A stretch of DNA of 64,000 nt from Gammaproteobacteria bacterium (GCA_965222155.1 CBDCTH010000012.1:2016001-2080000), one strand, 5' to 3'; positions 1-11,459 are shown, numbered from the stretch's first letter. Numbers and translations: made by a program. The notes: generated by a model from the sequence alone, not told the origin.

Positions 1-167
1 GAAACGATGATAAAACGGAACCCGCGGCGGCGTAATTGCGCCATCTGTCCCACCCAACCGGCAATGGCCTCCATACGCAAACCGCAACCGTCATTGGTCA
101 ACAAGGCACTGCCTATCTTGACCACCCAGCACTGTTTACCGTTGCCTTTAGATTCCGATTTGGACAT
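1..167 (-). CDS. proB: glutamate 5-kinase, N-terminal part (runs off window)
   Basis: Manual translation from ATG at 167: MSKSESKGNGKQCWVVKIGSALLTNDG...FIIVS; VVKIGS motif; follows obgE as usual. Confidence 0.9.
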   Translation of the reverse strand, partial: MSKSESKGNGKQCWVVKIGSALLTNDGCGLRMEAIAGWVGQMAQLRRRGFRFIIV

Positions 168-170
168 GGA

Positions 171-1193
<1,023 letters not shown>

Positions 1194-1204
1194 TCAGGGC
1201 CAAA

Positions 1205-1262
1205 GCCACAGAGGGCACAGAGATCACAGAGGGGGTCGTGTGATCTCTGTGTCCTCTGTGGC
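1205..1262. mobile_element. GCCACAGAG-family MITE/palindromic repeat, short copy 1
   Basis: Terminal inverted repeats GCCACAGAGGGCACAGAGATCACA / TGTGATCTCTGTGTCCTCTGTGGC; six copies in window. Confidence 0.8.
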
Positions 1263-1522
1263 TAATCTGTCTTCTGAATACTGACAAAAGTCCTGTTTTT
1301 TGCACCTTTTTGTTCAAACACCACCATTCCATCAGCCGTAGCGAACAGGGTATGGTCTCTACCGCAACCAACATTGACACCGGGATGAAACCGGGTGCCA
1401 CGTTGCCTGACTAAAATATTACCGGCCTTTACCATTTCACTGCCGAAGCGTTTGACGCCCAGACGCTTTGATTGGGAATCCCGGCCGTTACGTGTACTGC
1501 CGCCTGCTTTTTTATGTGCCAT
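1262..1522 (-). CDS. rpmA: 50S ribosomal protein L27
   Basis: [16 protein letters not shown]. Confidence 0.99.
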   Translation of the reverse strand: MAHKKAGGSTRNGRDSQSKRLGVKRFGSEMVKAGNILVRQRGTRFHPGVNVGCGRDHTLFATADGMVVFEQKGAKNRTFVSIQKTD

Positions 1523-1539
1523 TCTCCAACTCCCGATAA

Positions 1540-1854
1540 TTATTGCGTATTAATACCGGTAATTTCCAATTCGGTATAAGCCTGGCGATGCCCCATCTGC
1601 TTGCGATGGTGTTTTCGCCGTTTGAACTTGATCACCTTGATTTTAGGTCCCCTGCCGTGAGACTTTACCGTTGCCGCAACTGTCGCACCGGCGACCATGG
1701 GGGTCCCCACCGAAATATCATCGCCATCAGCTACCATGAGAATGTCATCCAGACTGATTTCGCCACCCTCTTCCACATCGATTTTCTCTACCCGGAGGGT
1801 ATCACCTTCCCGCACTTTGTACTGCTTCCCACCGGACTTTATAACTGCATACAT
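1540..1854 (-). CDS. rplU: 50S ribosomal protein L21
   Basis: [14 protein letters not shown]...GHRQ. Confidence 0.99.
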   Translation of the reverse strand: MYAVIKSGGKQYKVREGDTLRVEKIDVEEGGEISLDDILMVADGDDISVGTPMVAGATVAATVKSHGRGPKIKVIKFKRRKHHRKQMGHRQAYTELEITGINTQ

Positions 1855-2166
1855 AAATCACTCCAGACACATCATAGTATTGTCAACCTGACGCAAACAA
1901 CCGCGCACTTCAAACATGGGATTTTATAACACTATTTCAGTTCATACAAGCACCATCAGCAGCCCAAGCGCATACTTTGACCGCCATCGACCTCCTCATG
2001 CACCGCCAACTGCGCCGCATCATCACGCTTCACCTTATAACAAATCGTCAGGACAGACGATTTACAAAGTACATCCTGTACTTTGCCCCGTTGGGGCCAG
2101 TCTCGCGTGGCTCGACTGTTCAACAGCTCCAGGCAAATTTGTGCATGGCGCCAGCCGCCCATCGGG

Positions 2167-2243
2167 TAGCGTCCAGAGCCTGCCCCCTGCTTACAACCGC
2201 AGGGGCAAGCTCTGTATGGAGTTGAGCAGGGGGATGGACGCTA
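2167..2243. repeat. nested palindromic repeat: TAGCGTCCA..TGGACGCTA host carrying two GAGCYTGCCCCTG..AGCAGG insertions
   Basis: Same mini-element as at 11495, 29888 and 29938; inner copy inverted. Confidence 0.65.
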
Positions 2244-2525
2244 TGAAAATACGCCTTTATTTCCCGTTGTAAGGTCTTATGATTGGCCTTCAGACACAAC
2301 GTCTAATCCCCACCCCCTTCTCGTGTATCTTCCGGGCCGGCTTCTTCTGCGTGCTCGTTGCGCCCACACATGATTGATGGCCGTCTGCTACTTTCTCCCT
2401 GGCAATAAGGCTGTTCCCTCACGGATTTTGACATGATTTCCTGATGGGCGGCATCAAGGTTTGTGGCCCGTTTTCAGGCGAGGGGGGCGGCTCACACGAA
2501 AAGACTTGACTACTTCCCGCGCCAC

Positions 2526-2563
2526 GACCCCGGGGCTTCATCAGGTGATGAAGCCCCGGGGTC
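2526..2563. terminator. 17-bp perfect hairpin downstream of the adhesin gene
   Basis: GACCCCGGGGCTTCATC-aggt-GATGAAGCCCCGGGGTC; no clear U-tract, so terminator role uncertain. Confidence 0.5.
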
Positions 2564-3261
2564 TCTTCAGGCCGTCCAGGTCAGCAGGGAGAGGGGTGTG
2601 TGAGAATGGTCAGAAGTTGAAACCGACACCCACGCCGCCACCGGTCTCACCACTGGAATGGGAGATACCCAATTTTGCCTGACCTCTATCACCGACCCGG
2701 AAGCTGGCGCCGATAGCGATTGCTTCCTTGCCGTCAAAAAAGCCACCGCCTACGCCCACACTGCCACGACTGCCTCCCGTCGCGGCGGGGATATGCGCCA
2801 GCGCAATGGCCATGGCGATACCCGCCTTGTTATTGAGTATGTCACGGGCATTCACATTGATATTGGAGCTATTGGTCACGATATTATCGGTATTGGTTGC
2901 GATGTTGCCGGCATTGGTGGAAATATGGGCACTGTTGGTCGTGATATTACCCGCATTGGTCGTGATATTACCGGTATTGGCATCAATATCCGTACGGTTG
3001 CCGGTAACGTTTTTGTCAATGCCCATTAAATCCATGCCCCCGACTTCCACTTTTGTCGGTTCCGTTACCGATGACAATTTCTTTTTCCCCGGCTTCAACG
3101 TCAGCGCCTATAGCGATGCTGTTGGCCTTGGCGCTGGCACCTGCGCCAATAGCGACCGCGTTATCGCCGGTAACTTTCACATCTGCACCGACAGCAACAG
3201 CTCGGTTTACTGGCATCTTGGTAGGTTCTCCCCCATTCCGCGGCCTCGGGTTGGAGGTCTT

Positions 3262-3722
3262 TTTCTCCAGGACGTAATTCGTATAGTCCTCAAGCTTGAG
3301 TGGGTCCTTGTCGCGCAACGCCACCCACCACCTTGTAGAACTCGATACCACCGTTCGTTGGTTTTGCCTCTAACTCGATAGTACGCCAGTGTCGACCACT
3401 CTTATCATCCTTATACTCTAGGGTATGAGTAATGACAGGCGGCTCCGGCGGCTCCGGCGGCTGCGTTTCTATTCTTACAACTGATGCGTTGGGTCCGATA
3501 GCGATACTATCCTCGCCCATAACCCGAGACTCAGAACCGATAGCGATACCGTTATTACCCATCTTCGAGGGAACAGGGTCTATCTTTTTAACTTTTGTTA
3601 GTTTCTCCAGGACGTAATTCGTATAGTCCTCAAGCTTGAGTGGGTCCTCTCATCGGGCACGCCACCCACCACCTTGTAGAACTCGATACCACCGTTCGTT
3701 GGTTTTGCCTCTAACTCGATAG
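3262..3722. repeat. ~120-bp internal direct repeat (about 3262-3381 and 3602-3722) within the adhesin gene
   Basis: Two near-identical copies encoding IELEAKPTNGGIEFYKVVGG..DPLKLEDYTNYVLEK. Confidence 0.85.
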
Positions 3723-4042
3723 TTGTGCGACCACTCTTAAGGGTATGAGTAATACTGATTTCTCTATGCCAGGTTTTAGTGTCTTGTACAACTCCACCCT
3801 TGCAGTGTCGCCAATCGCGACGCTGCCATCCGTTCCAGCATGCGCTCCACAGCCAGCAGCAAACGAAGAAGGATCATCGTTGGCGGGGTCGGTGACTCCA
3901 GTCTCTGCTACTGGTGTAGCACCAGGACATGTGTCGGGATTAGTAACACCCTGGCCGTAAGTTGCTGGAAACGCCAAGCCGAGGACGACAGCGATGCACC
4001 CGAGGAAGACCCCTGGCGCCCGCCCTGGCTTACCTACAAGAT

Positions 4043-4062
4043 GGGGGGGGGGGGGGGGGGGG
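4043..4062 (-). repeat. C20 homopolymer (G20 on + strand) in the adhesin 5' coding region
   Basis: Counted directly; starts in codon 17. Confidence 0.9.
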
Positions 4063-4202
4063 TAATAGAAAACACAGACATCGCTGTCATTTTCTGTATC
4101 AGTTTTTTCATTTCAATTACTCCTGATAGTTAAAAGAAAACCTTCAACAACTTCGGCCACCGCTACCACACAGCTACCTGATTAGATTACCACTAGATAC
4201 GC

Positions 4203-4230
4203 ATTATGTCACCAGATTCCAGCATGTCAA
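4203..4230 (-). promoter_or_regulatory. sigma70-like promoter of the adhesin gene
   Basis: TTGACA-16 bp-CATAAT on the minus strand with upstream A-tracts. Confidence 0.6.
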
Positions 4231-4441
4231 GTTTTTTTGGTGTTTTTTTTGGTATGAGTATTTTCCAACAGCCGTTCCCGCTAACTTTATCAGCCGGTTA
4301 TATTGTCGGGTCAGGTCCGTTTTTTTCACCGTGACCCGACCCTCAGGGAATACGCGGCCCGCCGGCTATCCCCGGTTATGTTGATGTGGCTTGGTTTCCC
4401 CTGACGTCCCCCACCTTGAACTGCTCGACCCCGGCCCGTCC

Positions 4442-4759
4442 TCAAGCGGTATCATACGGCGCCACCACGGTCGGGGCGGCGCCATAGGCCAGTACCCGAT
4501 ACAACGTCTCCCAGTCCGGCACCAGCCAGGTGAAGAAGACGCTGCGCAGTGTCTCCCGGACGTCACGCTTGCAGCCCTGCTTCGCCACCCCCTGTTGAAA
4601 CAGCCCGCAGCAGTGCTGCTGCACCGGGTCAATCAGACACGCCAGCCGCATCAGGTACGCCAGCACCGTGGACAGGTGCTGATAGCCGTGTTGGAGGGTA
4701 TGCTCAACGTGGTCGCCTGGGTGCTTCAGAGTATTAAATGTCTCGTTCTCAATCTTCAC
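4442..4759 (-). pseudogene. DDE transposase C-terminal remnant
   Basis: KIENETFNTLK..EH..HG..LSTVLAYLM..A.LID resembles the (R)WKIENExFNTLK signature of IS4/ISNCY-like transposases; N-terminus missing. Confidence 0.7.
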
Positions 4760-4793
4760 AACGCGCCCGTGCCCGCGACTCGCGCGAGTCGCC

Positions 4794-4818
4794 GGGGACG
4801 GATTTCAAATCCGTCCCC
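4794..4818. repeat. REP-like palindrome, GGGGACRGATTT family
   Basis: GGGGACGGATTT-C-AAATCCGTCCCC; relatives at 6312, 25881, 48516, 56459. Confidence 0.75.
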
Positions 4819-4882
4819 ACCAACACTCTTCCCACGCGCCTGCGCCGCGCAGCAGTCGCATCAGGTTGTCGCTATGCAGAGG

Positions 4883-4969
4883 AATTTTGGGGACACAATA
4901 CTTAATTACTTTAAATCACGGAATAGTGGCACATTGACTCTAATAATTAAGTATTGTGTCCCCAAAATT
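4883..4969. repeat. REPIN/MITE-like inverted repeat (26-bp arms)
   Basis: AATTTTGGGGACACAATACTTAATTA and its exact reverse complement. Confidence 0.75.
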
Positions 4970-5054
4970 ATTCCGTGCTTCGTAATCCAGTAAGTTCACC
5001 TGAAAGTCAACGTGTGACTCGTTCAAGGGCGCCCCGTTCAGATACAGATATTTA

Positions 5055-5145
5055 GGGACATTTGGGGTCAGAGTAAAAATACTCAATAACGAGCCACTAC
5101 CACTTGCCAAACTGGCTATATTTTTACTCTGACCCCAAATGTCCC
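5055..5145. repeat. REPIN/MITE-like element, GGGGTCAGAGT family, copy 1
   Basis: 27-bp inverted arms; homologous copy at 32970-33056. Confidence 0.8.
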
Positions 5146-5312
5146 AGGAGTTCTCCGCTTGTTTATAACTTTTTAGAATAAAAAACCTCTTTCTTATGAC
5201 AAAAAGTATGATATTGCCCTATCGACGAACCCATAGTAAACGGGAAATCGAACGATGCAATAGCGGCAACATGTTATTATCGTTTCATGCCATCGCAGAA
5301 TATCAAAAAATC

Positions 5313-6305
5313 ATGAGTGCAGTACCAGTACGGGAACCCGGTTTAGAGTCGATTCAAGCGCTGGTCAGGGACGACATGCAGAAGGTAGACAGGTTGATAC
5401 AGGAAAAACTGCATTCCGAGACCGGGCTTATCGATCAATTAGGTCATTATATCGTCAACAGTGGAGGTAAAAGACTGCGACCGGCCCTGGTATTGCTCAG
5501 CGCCAACTGTTTTGCTTATCGCGCGAGCCTGCACATTAAACTTGCCTCCGTTATTGAATTTATCCATACCGCCACCCTGCTGCACGACGACGTGGTCGAT
5601 GCCTCCATGCTGCGCCGGGGCAAGGCCACTGCCAACCAGCGCTGGGGTAATGAGGCAAGTGTCCTGGTCGGTGATTTTCTCTATTCCCGCGCCTTCCAGA
5701 TGATGGTGGAAGTGGGTTCCATGCACGTCATGGAAATCATGGCTGAGGCCACCAATACCATTGCTGAAGGAGAGGTACAGCAACTCATAAACCGGCATGA
5801 TCCGGAAACGACGGAACAGCGTTACCTGCAAGTCATACATAACAAAACGGCAAAATTGTTTGAGGCGTCGGCCCGGGTCGGCGCCGTCATCGCCGGGCAA
5901 GACCGGCAAACGGAGCAGGCCATGTCCAACTACGGCAGGCACCTGGGCATAGCCTACCAGCTCATCGATGATGCACTGGATTACAGCGCCCCCAGTGAGA
6001 ACCTGGGCAAAAATATCGGTGACGACCTCGCCGAAGGCAAACCCACCTTACCCCTGTTATACGCCCTCTGGCATAGTTCGGATGAGCAGGCAGCCCTGAT
6101 CAGGAGCGCCATAAAACAGGGGAGCCTTGAGTGCATGGATCAAATCTGTGCGGCTATTGCTGCAACCGGGGCAATCCAGCATATCCGTGAGTGCGCTCGC
6201 CGGGAGGCTGAAACCGCCATGCAGCACCTCGAGGGTCTGCCTCAATCCGAATACCTGGATGCACTGTTCATGCTGACGCGCTTCGCTACCGAACGGAATT
6301 ACTGA
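5313..6305 (+). CDS. ispB: octaprenyl diphosphate synthase
   Basis: GGKRLRP, LLHDDVVD, QLIDDALD; start moved to ATG 5313 (ORF track starts at 5196). Confidence 0.95.
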   Translation: MSAVPVREPGLESIQALVRDDMQKVDRLIQEKLHSETGLIDQLGHYIVNSGGKRLRPALVLLSANCFAYRASLHIKLASVIEFIHTATLLHDDVVDASMLRRGKATANQRWGNEASVLVGDFLYSRAFQMMVEVGSMHVMEIMAEATNTIAEGEVQQLINRHDPETTEQRYLQVIHNKTAKLFEASARVGAVIAGQDRQTEQAMSNYGRHLGIAYQLIDDALDYSAPSENLGKNIGDDLAEGKPTLPLLYALWHSSDEQAALIRSAIKQGSLECMDQICAAIAATGAIQHIRECARREAETAMQHLEGLPQSEYLDALFMLTRFATERNY

Positions 6306-6311
6306 GCAGAT

Positions 6312-6335
6312 GGGGACGAATTTAAATCCGTCCCC
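6312..6335. repeat. REP-like palindrome, GGGGACRGATTT family
   Basis: GGGGACGAATTTAAATCCGTCCCC just after ispB. Confidence 0.7.
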
Positions 6336-6425
6336 TTCCAGTTATAGACGCAAAGCGCATTGTAAGGTAGAGTTCGCATTGGCATTCGGCAGGCGGGTTT
6401 AAACAGTCTGCCGGTTGTTCCATAT

Positions 6426-6502
6426 CGGGGTGTAGCTCAGCCTGGTAGAGCACTGCCTTCGGGAGGCAGGGGCCGGAGGTTCAAATCCTCTCACCCCGAC
6501 CA
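6426..6502 (+). tRNA. tRNA-Pro(CGG)
   Basis: CGGGGTG/CACCCCG acceptor stem, CTGCC-TTCGGGA-GGCAG anticodon arm, GGTTCAAATCC T-arm, CCA end. Confidence 0.96.
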
Positions 6503-6691
6503 GTAAACTCATTATAATTAAATTAATCAATTTTCCTTAGAATATTTAATTAATAATGATATTTCCGCATTAATAATTATTTTTCCGTTTTTTATTTTTT
6601 CACCTAAAATAACTATTTTTCCTAAAAATATGTTGTTTTTATATATTTTTTCTGTAAAATAACTGTTTTTCCGCAATCTTTTCTGCTTCTA

Positions 6692-8188
6692 ATGACAATC
6701 AGGACATCAACACGGAAGCCAGCCGGCTACAATTGGCTGAAACAGCATTACCCTGTGCCGGATATCCCCCACGACCATGTCTCCTGGCTGGATGCTGTAG
6801 CAGACCGGACACAGGTTGGTATTGATGAAGTCTTTCCTTCCCGGAAGTTTACCCCGGCCGATACCTGGACCGGGCACCTGGAGTTTGCTCTGAAGTACGA
6901 CGGAATAAATCTGCGACTCCTGTTGCAACTTTTTCACCATATCCCTGCCGCCGAACTGGAAGTCTGGATTCAGGCACAGCCAACAGGGATATATACGCGC
7001 AGGAGCTGGTTCCTGTATGAATTTCTGCTGCAAACCACGCTGGATATAGAATATCTGGAACGAGGAAACTACATAGACTTGCTTGACCCGGCACAGCACA
7101 TGGTTACGACATTTCCAGATCAGGCAACACGCCGCGCCTACATGTCGAAGCGCCATCGCGTAGTCAACAATCTACTCGGTAATACACAGTTTTGTCCGAT
7201 GGTACGCCCGCGCAACCTGAACTGGCAGGCCCTACACGATAAAACCAGGCAGTTACTCGAGAAGTATGACCATGCCACTATCATCGGTTCCATTAATTAT
7301 CTTTATACCAAGGAAACTCGCTCGTCTTTTGCTATTGAAAACGAAACTCCGAGCAAGGATAAAGTTGAGCGCTTTGGAAAAGTCTTACGTCATGCCGGCA
7401 AATGGCCGTCACTGGATAAAGGCGCTTATATTGAACTACAGAAGATCATGCTAACCAATCCGGGAGAAGATTATCGTACAACCCAGAATTATGTCGGTGA
7501 AACCATTGGCATGAATGAGTACGTGCATCTGGTGCCTCCCAAACCGGACGATGTACCTGTGCTCATGGAGGGTTTACAAGCTTTCATCGAAGAATCAACT
7601 AACTTGAATCCAATAATAGTAGCGGCAGTGGCCGCCTTTGGTTTCGTGTTTATTCATCCCTTTGAAGATGGAAATGGCAGAACGCACCGCTTTATGCTTC
7701 ACTACTTCCTGTCCACACGCGGCGTGACTCCGGAGAACTTTATTTTTCCTGTCTCGGCAACAATACTCGAAGATATGTCGGCTTATGATGCGTGCCTGGA
7801 GACCTTTTCTATTCCAGTCAAAAACCTGGTTGAGTATGACTTTGATGATGATTTCAGCATGACTGTCACAAGTGATTCGGCTTATCTGTATCGCTATCTG
7901 GACGCCACACCACTGGTTGACTATCTCTATGATTGCATCAACCAGACGATAGAAGTCGTCTTGAAGAAGGAACTGGACCTTCTACACAAATTCAGAAACG
8001 TAAAACAATCTATTGATCGTGAAATGGACATTCCCAATACCGCGTTGGACCGCTTCGTGAATTTTTGCCGTCAAAATAACGGTCACCTGTCACAGAAAAA
8101 ACGTGCTCGTTTCTTTAAAGACTATACGGATACACAGGTCGCCAGAATGGAGGAAATTTATCAATCCTTCTTTACTGACCAGTATTAA
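6692..8188 (+). CDS. Fic family protein with long N-terminal extension
   Basis: HPFEDGNGRTHR Fic motif; SFAIEN autoinhibitory-type motif. Confidence 0.9.
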   Translation: MTIRTSTRKPAGYNWLKQHYPVPDIPHDHVSWLDAVADRTQVGIDEVFPSRKFTPADTWTGHLEFALKYDGINLRLLLQLFHHIPAAELEVWIQAQPTGIYTRRSWFLYEFLLQTTLDIEYLERGNYIDLLDPAQHMVTTFPDQATRRAYMSKRHRVVNNLLGNTQFCPMVRPRNLNWQALHDKTRQLLEKYDHATIIGSINYLYTKETRSSFAIENETPSKDKVERFGKVLRHAGKWPSLDKGAYIELQKIMLTNPGEDYRTTQNYVGETIGMNEYVHLVPPKPDDVPVLMEGLQAFIEESTNLNPIIVAAVAAFGFVFIHPFEDGNGRTHRFMLHYFLSTRGVTPENFIFPVSATILEDMSAYDACLETFSIPVKNLVEYDFDDDFSMTVTSDSAYLYRYLDATPLVDYLYDCINQTIEVVLKKELDLLHKFRNVKQSIDREMDIPNTALDRFVNFCRQNNGHLSQKKRARFFKDYTDTQVARMEEIYQSFFTDQY

Positions 8189-8239
8189 ATCAAAACTGTA
8201 TATCCTCTTTCTCTCTCGACAAAGACAAGAATAACAAGC

Positions 8240-9022
8240 GTGAGCCGCAAACCTGTCATTGCCATTACCGCTGACCACATCATGGTCAGGGATCTTCTGC
8301 CGGCTGCGGCCGTCTATAATGTTTACAGTGATGCTGTCATCCACGCGGCCGACGCCCTGCCCTGGATAGTTCCGCCTGCCGCTGAATTCCTGGATATGGA
8401 TGCCCTGCTTCACAGGGTCGACGGCATCATCTTTACCGGCGCGCGTTCCAATATTCAACCACACCGTTACCAGGGTGAAGCTACGGCTGAAAATACCGTA
8501 CAGGACCCGCACCGGGATGCGACAACCCTCCCTCTGATTCCAAAAGTAATCGACGTCGGCATCCCCATGTTGTGTATCTGTCGCGGTATCCAGGAACTCA
8601 ACGTGGCCCTGGGGGGCAGCCTGTACCAGGACGTGCCCAACCTGCCGGGGAAATTAAACCACTTCGCACCTGAAGAGTGGAGCATGGAACGGCGTTTCGC
8701 CCCATCTCATGATGTCCTGTTTGAAAAAGACAGTGAATTGGGAAAATTGAGCACATCGAAAACGGTCACGGTAAACAGTGTCCATGAACAGGGTATTGGC
8801 CGTCTCGCTGATGACCTTGTCATAGAGGCGCGCGCCCCGGACGGGATCATAGAAGCAGTCCGGGTCCGCAACAGCAAGGCATTTGCAGCCGGCGTGCAAT
8901 GGCATCCTGAGTGGGACTGGCGTTCGCATCCCCTGAACGCAAAAATATGGGAAGTCTTCGGCGCAGCCTGCCGCGGCGGAGGACACGAAATAATGGGGTC
9001 AGGTCGCACATTGCACATATGA
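8240..9022 (+). CDS. gamma-glutamyl-GABA hydrolase-like peptidase C26 (PuuD family)
   Basis: CICRGIQELNVALGG, VNSVHEQG, GVQWHPE. Confidence 0.9.
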   Translation: MSRKPVIAITADHIMVRDLLPAAAVYNVYSDAVIHAADALPWIVPPAAEFLDMDALLHRVDGIIFTGARSNIQPHRYQGEATAENTVQDPHRDATTLPLIPKVIDVGIPMLCICRGIQELNVALGGSLYQDVPNLPGKLNHFAPEEWSMERRFAPSHDVLFEKDSELGKLSTSKTVTVNSVHEQGIGRLADDLVIEARAPDGIIEAVRVRNSKAFAAGVQWHPEWDWRSHPLNAKIWEVFGAACRGGGHEIMGSGRTLHI

Positions 9023-9084
9023 AGAAATGAGTGTGAAGTTGTGAGGCCATCCCAATGTGCAATGTGCGACCTGACCCCATTATT
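8989..9084. repeat. REPIN/MITE-like inverted repeat (30-bp arms) overlapping the puuD-like stop
   Basis: AATAATGGGGTCAGGTCGCACATTGCACAT and its reverse complement. Confidence 0.75.
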
Positions 9085-9116
9085 CGAAAACGGGAGCAGG
9101 GGAGAGAGGATAAATC

Positions 9117-10541
9117 GTGCCAATCCGTTTCGGGATAATTTTATTTCTTTATATTACTGGATGGTATGCCTGTGCCGGCGCCGCAGAGTTACCCCGGCCC
9201 ATCGGGATCGTTATCAATGGTCATAAAATCCCGTCCGGCGCCTACAGTCTTTACGCCAGGGAAGTCGGCAAACAAGAGCCGGTGCTGGCGGTCAACGCGG
9301 AACTACCGTTCAACCCCGCGTCCGTCATTAAAATCATTCCCACGCTCGCTGCCCTGGATTTGCTGGGCCCGGGCTATCGCTGGAAAACCGAGGTTTACAC
9401 CCTGGGCAGTATCAGGGACGGGGTGTTACAGGGCGATATCCTGTTCAAAGGGTACGGCGACCCCCATCTCGTCACGGAAGAATTCCGCAAGATACTGGAA
9501 GAACTCAGACGGCGCGGACTCAGGGAAATTACAGGCGACCTTTTGATCGATCACTCCTACTTTAATGTTCCATACGAAAACCCCGGTGCGTTTGACAATA
9601 ATCCGTACCGTACCTATAACGTCCTGCCGAACGCGTTTCTGATTAATTTCAAGGCGGTTAATTTTCATTTCTACCCTGCGGCAAACGGCAGAAACGTCAT
9701 GGTTCATCCCGAACCGGCACTGGTGGGACTGAAGATTGATAACCGGTTGCGCTTGCGAAAACGCTATTGTGGCGGCTTCCAGAGGGGTGTAGCCGTGACT
9801 GTCCCTGACCGGGAAACGGCTGACCGCATCATTTTTTCGGGAAGATTCCCGACAGGTTGCAGCCATTACATCCTGTCCCGTACCGTGCTGACCCATGAAA
9901 CCTATGCATTCGGATTATTCAAGTCAATATGGCAACAACTGGGTGGAAGCATCGCCGGGCAGGTCAGGACAGCCATGGCGCCGACAACAGGCGAGCCTTT
10001 CCTGGTCAGGCATTCTAAGTCCTTGTCCGACGTCATCAAACTCATCAACAAATTCAGCAATAACGTCATGAGCCGGCAACTGATGCTGACCCTGGGGGCT
10101 GAACTACAGGAACAACCCGGCACAACTGAAAAGGGCGCCAGGGTTATTGACGGGTATCTCACGGACCTGGGCCTGGATACGCAAACCCTGAAAATTGTAA
10201 ACGGCGCCGGACTGTCAAGAGAGGCGCGCGCCTCGGCAAAATTGCTGGCGGATATCCTGGATCATGCCTGGACCATACCCAACCGGCCGGAGTTCATATC
10301 CTCGTTATCCATAACCGGTGTGGACGGCACGGCAAAAAACCGTCTGAAATACAAACCGGCTTCGGGCTATGCGCATATCAAGACCGGTACGATAGATGAC
10401 GTCTCCGCCATAGCGGGATATGTCCAAGCCAGGTCCGGACGGAAGTATATTGTGTCGGGCATATTGAACCGGAAGCTGGCACACAAGGGGCCCGGCAAGG
10501 AACTGATGAACGCCCTGGTTACCTGGGTCTATAATCTTTAG
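9117..10541 (+). CDS. dacB: D-alanyl-D-alanine carboxypeptidase/endopeptidase (PBP4)
   Basis: PASVIK, SNN, KTG motifs. Confidence 0.93.
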   Translation: MPIRFGIILFLYITGWYACAGAAELPRPIGIVINGHKIPSGAYSLYAREVGKQEPVLAVNAELPFNPASVIKIIPTLAALDLLGPGYRWKTEVYTLGSIRDGVLQGDILFKGYGDPHLVTEEFRKILEELRRRGLREITGDLLIDHSYFNVPYENPGAFDNNPYRTYNVLPNAFLINFKAVNFHFYPAANGRNVMVHPEPALVGLKIDNRLRLRKRYCGGFQRGVAVTVPDRETADRIIFSGRFPTGCSHYILSRTVLTHETYAFGLFKSIWQQLGGSIAGQVRTAMAPTTGEPFLVRHSKSLSDVIKLINKFSNNVMSRQLMLTLGAELQEQPGTTEKGARVIDGYLTDLGLDTQTLKIVNGAGLSREARASAKLLADILDHAWTIPNRPEFISSLSITGVDGTAKNRLKYKPASGYAHIKTGTIDDVSAIAGYVQARSGRKYIVSGILNRKLAHKGPGKELMNALVTWVYNL

Positions 10542-10663
10542 CCACAGAGGACACAGGGATAAAACAGTACGAATAATGTAACAGGCAACTTGCTGAATAT
10601 GCAGGCTACCCGGGTATTAACCGGTGACTCGACCCACTCTGTGATCTCTGTGCCCTCTGTGGC
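10541..10663. mobile_element. GCCACAGAG-family MITE, copy 2
   Basis: TIRs plus internal sequence shared with copies 4-6; flanked by TTA/TAA. Confidence 0.85.
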
Positions 10664-11403
10664 TAAAAATGCGCTCGCCATAGTCTGAATTGGCAGGCAG
10701 GCCGGTCCAGGGCCAGGGCCGCGACGTGATTTCCAGGTACGGGAATGTTTTTTATAAGCCACCGGGCCGCGTCTTCTTCCCTCCGGCGTATGGTCAACGC
10801 CGCATAGGCTTCATCCGGGTCAATACTGACGTCAAACTCTTTCAGGCCGTAGGCAATCCCGGCGCCCAGCGCCTTGACGAAGGCCTCCTTGCGGGTCCAA
10901 CAGGTAAAAAAAGCCTTCATGCAACTGTCCCGGGGATACCTGTCCAAGGCCCGGCCTTCAGCGCCGGAAAAATATTTCTGCGCCAGGGAACGCCATTCAA
11001 CTTCCGGCCTGATTTTTTCCAGGTCCACACCCAGTCTGCCCCCCAGGGTGAGCGCCACCAGGGCCAGACCGTGGGAATGGGATACGTTAAATGCGATGGC
11101 TTCCCCGGGCATACCAGTACCCAGACAAGGCTTGCCGTGCTCGCCATAATCGAAGTCAATCCCGACCATGTCCAATCCGGATACTCTGGACAGCGCCTGC
11201 CTGAGCAGCCCGCGGGTGACGATATATTCCCTGTACTTGGAAACCGGCTTGAACTTTTGCGCGCGCGCCAGTTCCGCCTGTGTCAGGCATTGCCTGTATG
11301 CCTGAACCTGTTCCTCCCCTAACTCCGTTGATATCAACCAGATATCAACGGAGTTAGGGGAAATCTCAAGATCATCCGGTGCTGTTTGCCATGTATCATT
11401 CAT
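10663..11403 (-). CDS. Sfp-type 4'-phosphopantetheinyl transferase
   Basis: GKP, FNVSHS, GVDLE, WTRKEAFVKALG. Confidence 0.92.
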   Translation of the reverse strand: MNDTWQTAPDDLEISPNSVDIWLISTELGEEQVQAYRQCLTQAELARAQKFKPVSKYREYIVTRGLLRQALSRVSGLDMVGIDFDYGEHGKPCLGTGMPGEAIAFNVSHSHGLALVALTLGGRLGVDLEKIRPEVEWRSLAQKYFSGAEGRALDRYPRDSCMKAFFTCWTRKEAFVKALGAGIAYGLKEFDVSIDPDEAYAALTIRRREEDAARWLIKNIPVPGNHVAALALDRPACQFRLWRAHF

Positions 11404-11459
11404 ATCATCAGATTCTATCGCTTTTTTGGATCATACGGAGCAAATGTCACAGGAAGTAA

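Larger units (their letters stand above)
2610..4111 (-). pseudogene. trimeric autotransporter adhesin (YadA family), frameshifted into several ORFs
   Basis: AGGAG RBS and ATG at 4111, signal-peptide-like start, AIG/AVG head repeats, N-x-x-N-I-x-T heptad stalk, C-terminal anchor AGIAMAIA...GVGVGFNF; frame breaks at the C20 tract and near 3765, 3650, 3315, 3050. Confidence 0.85.

Noticed and set aside
1916-2272. Short overlapping ORFs upstream of rplU
   Set aside because: No recognisable motifs; partly built from repeat sequence
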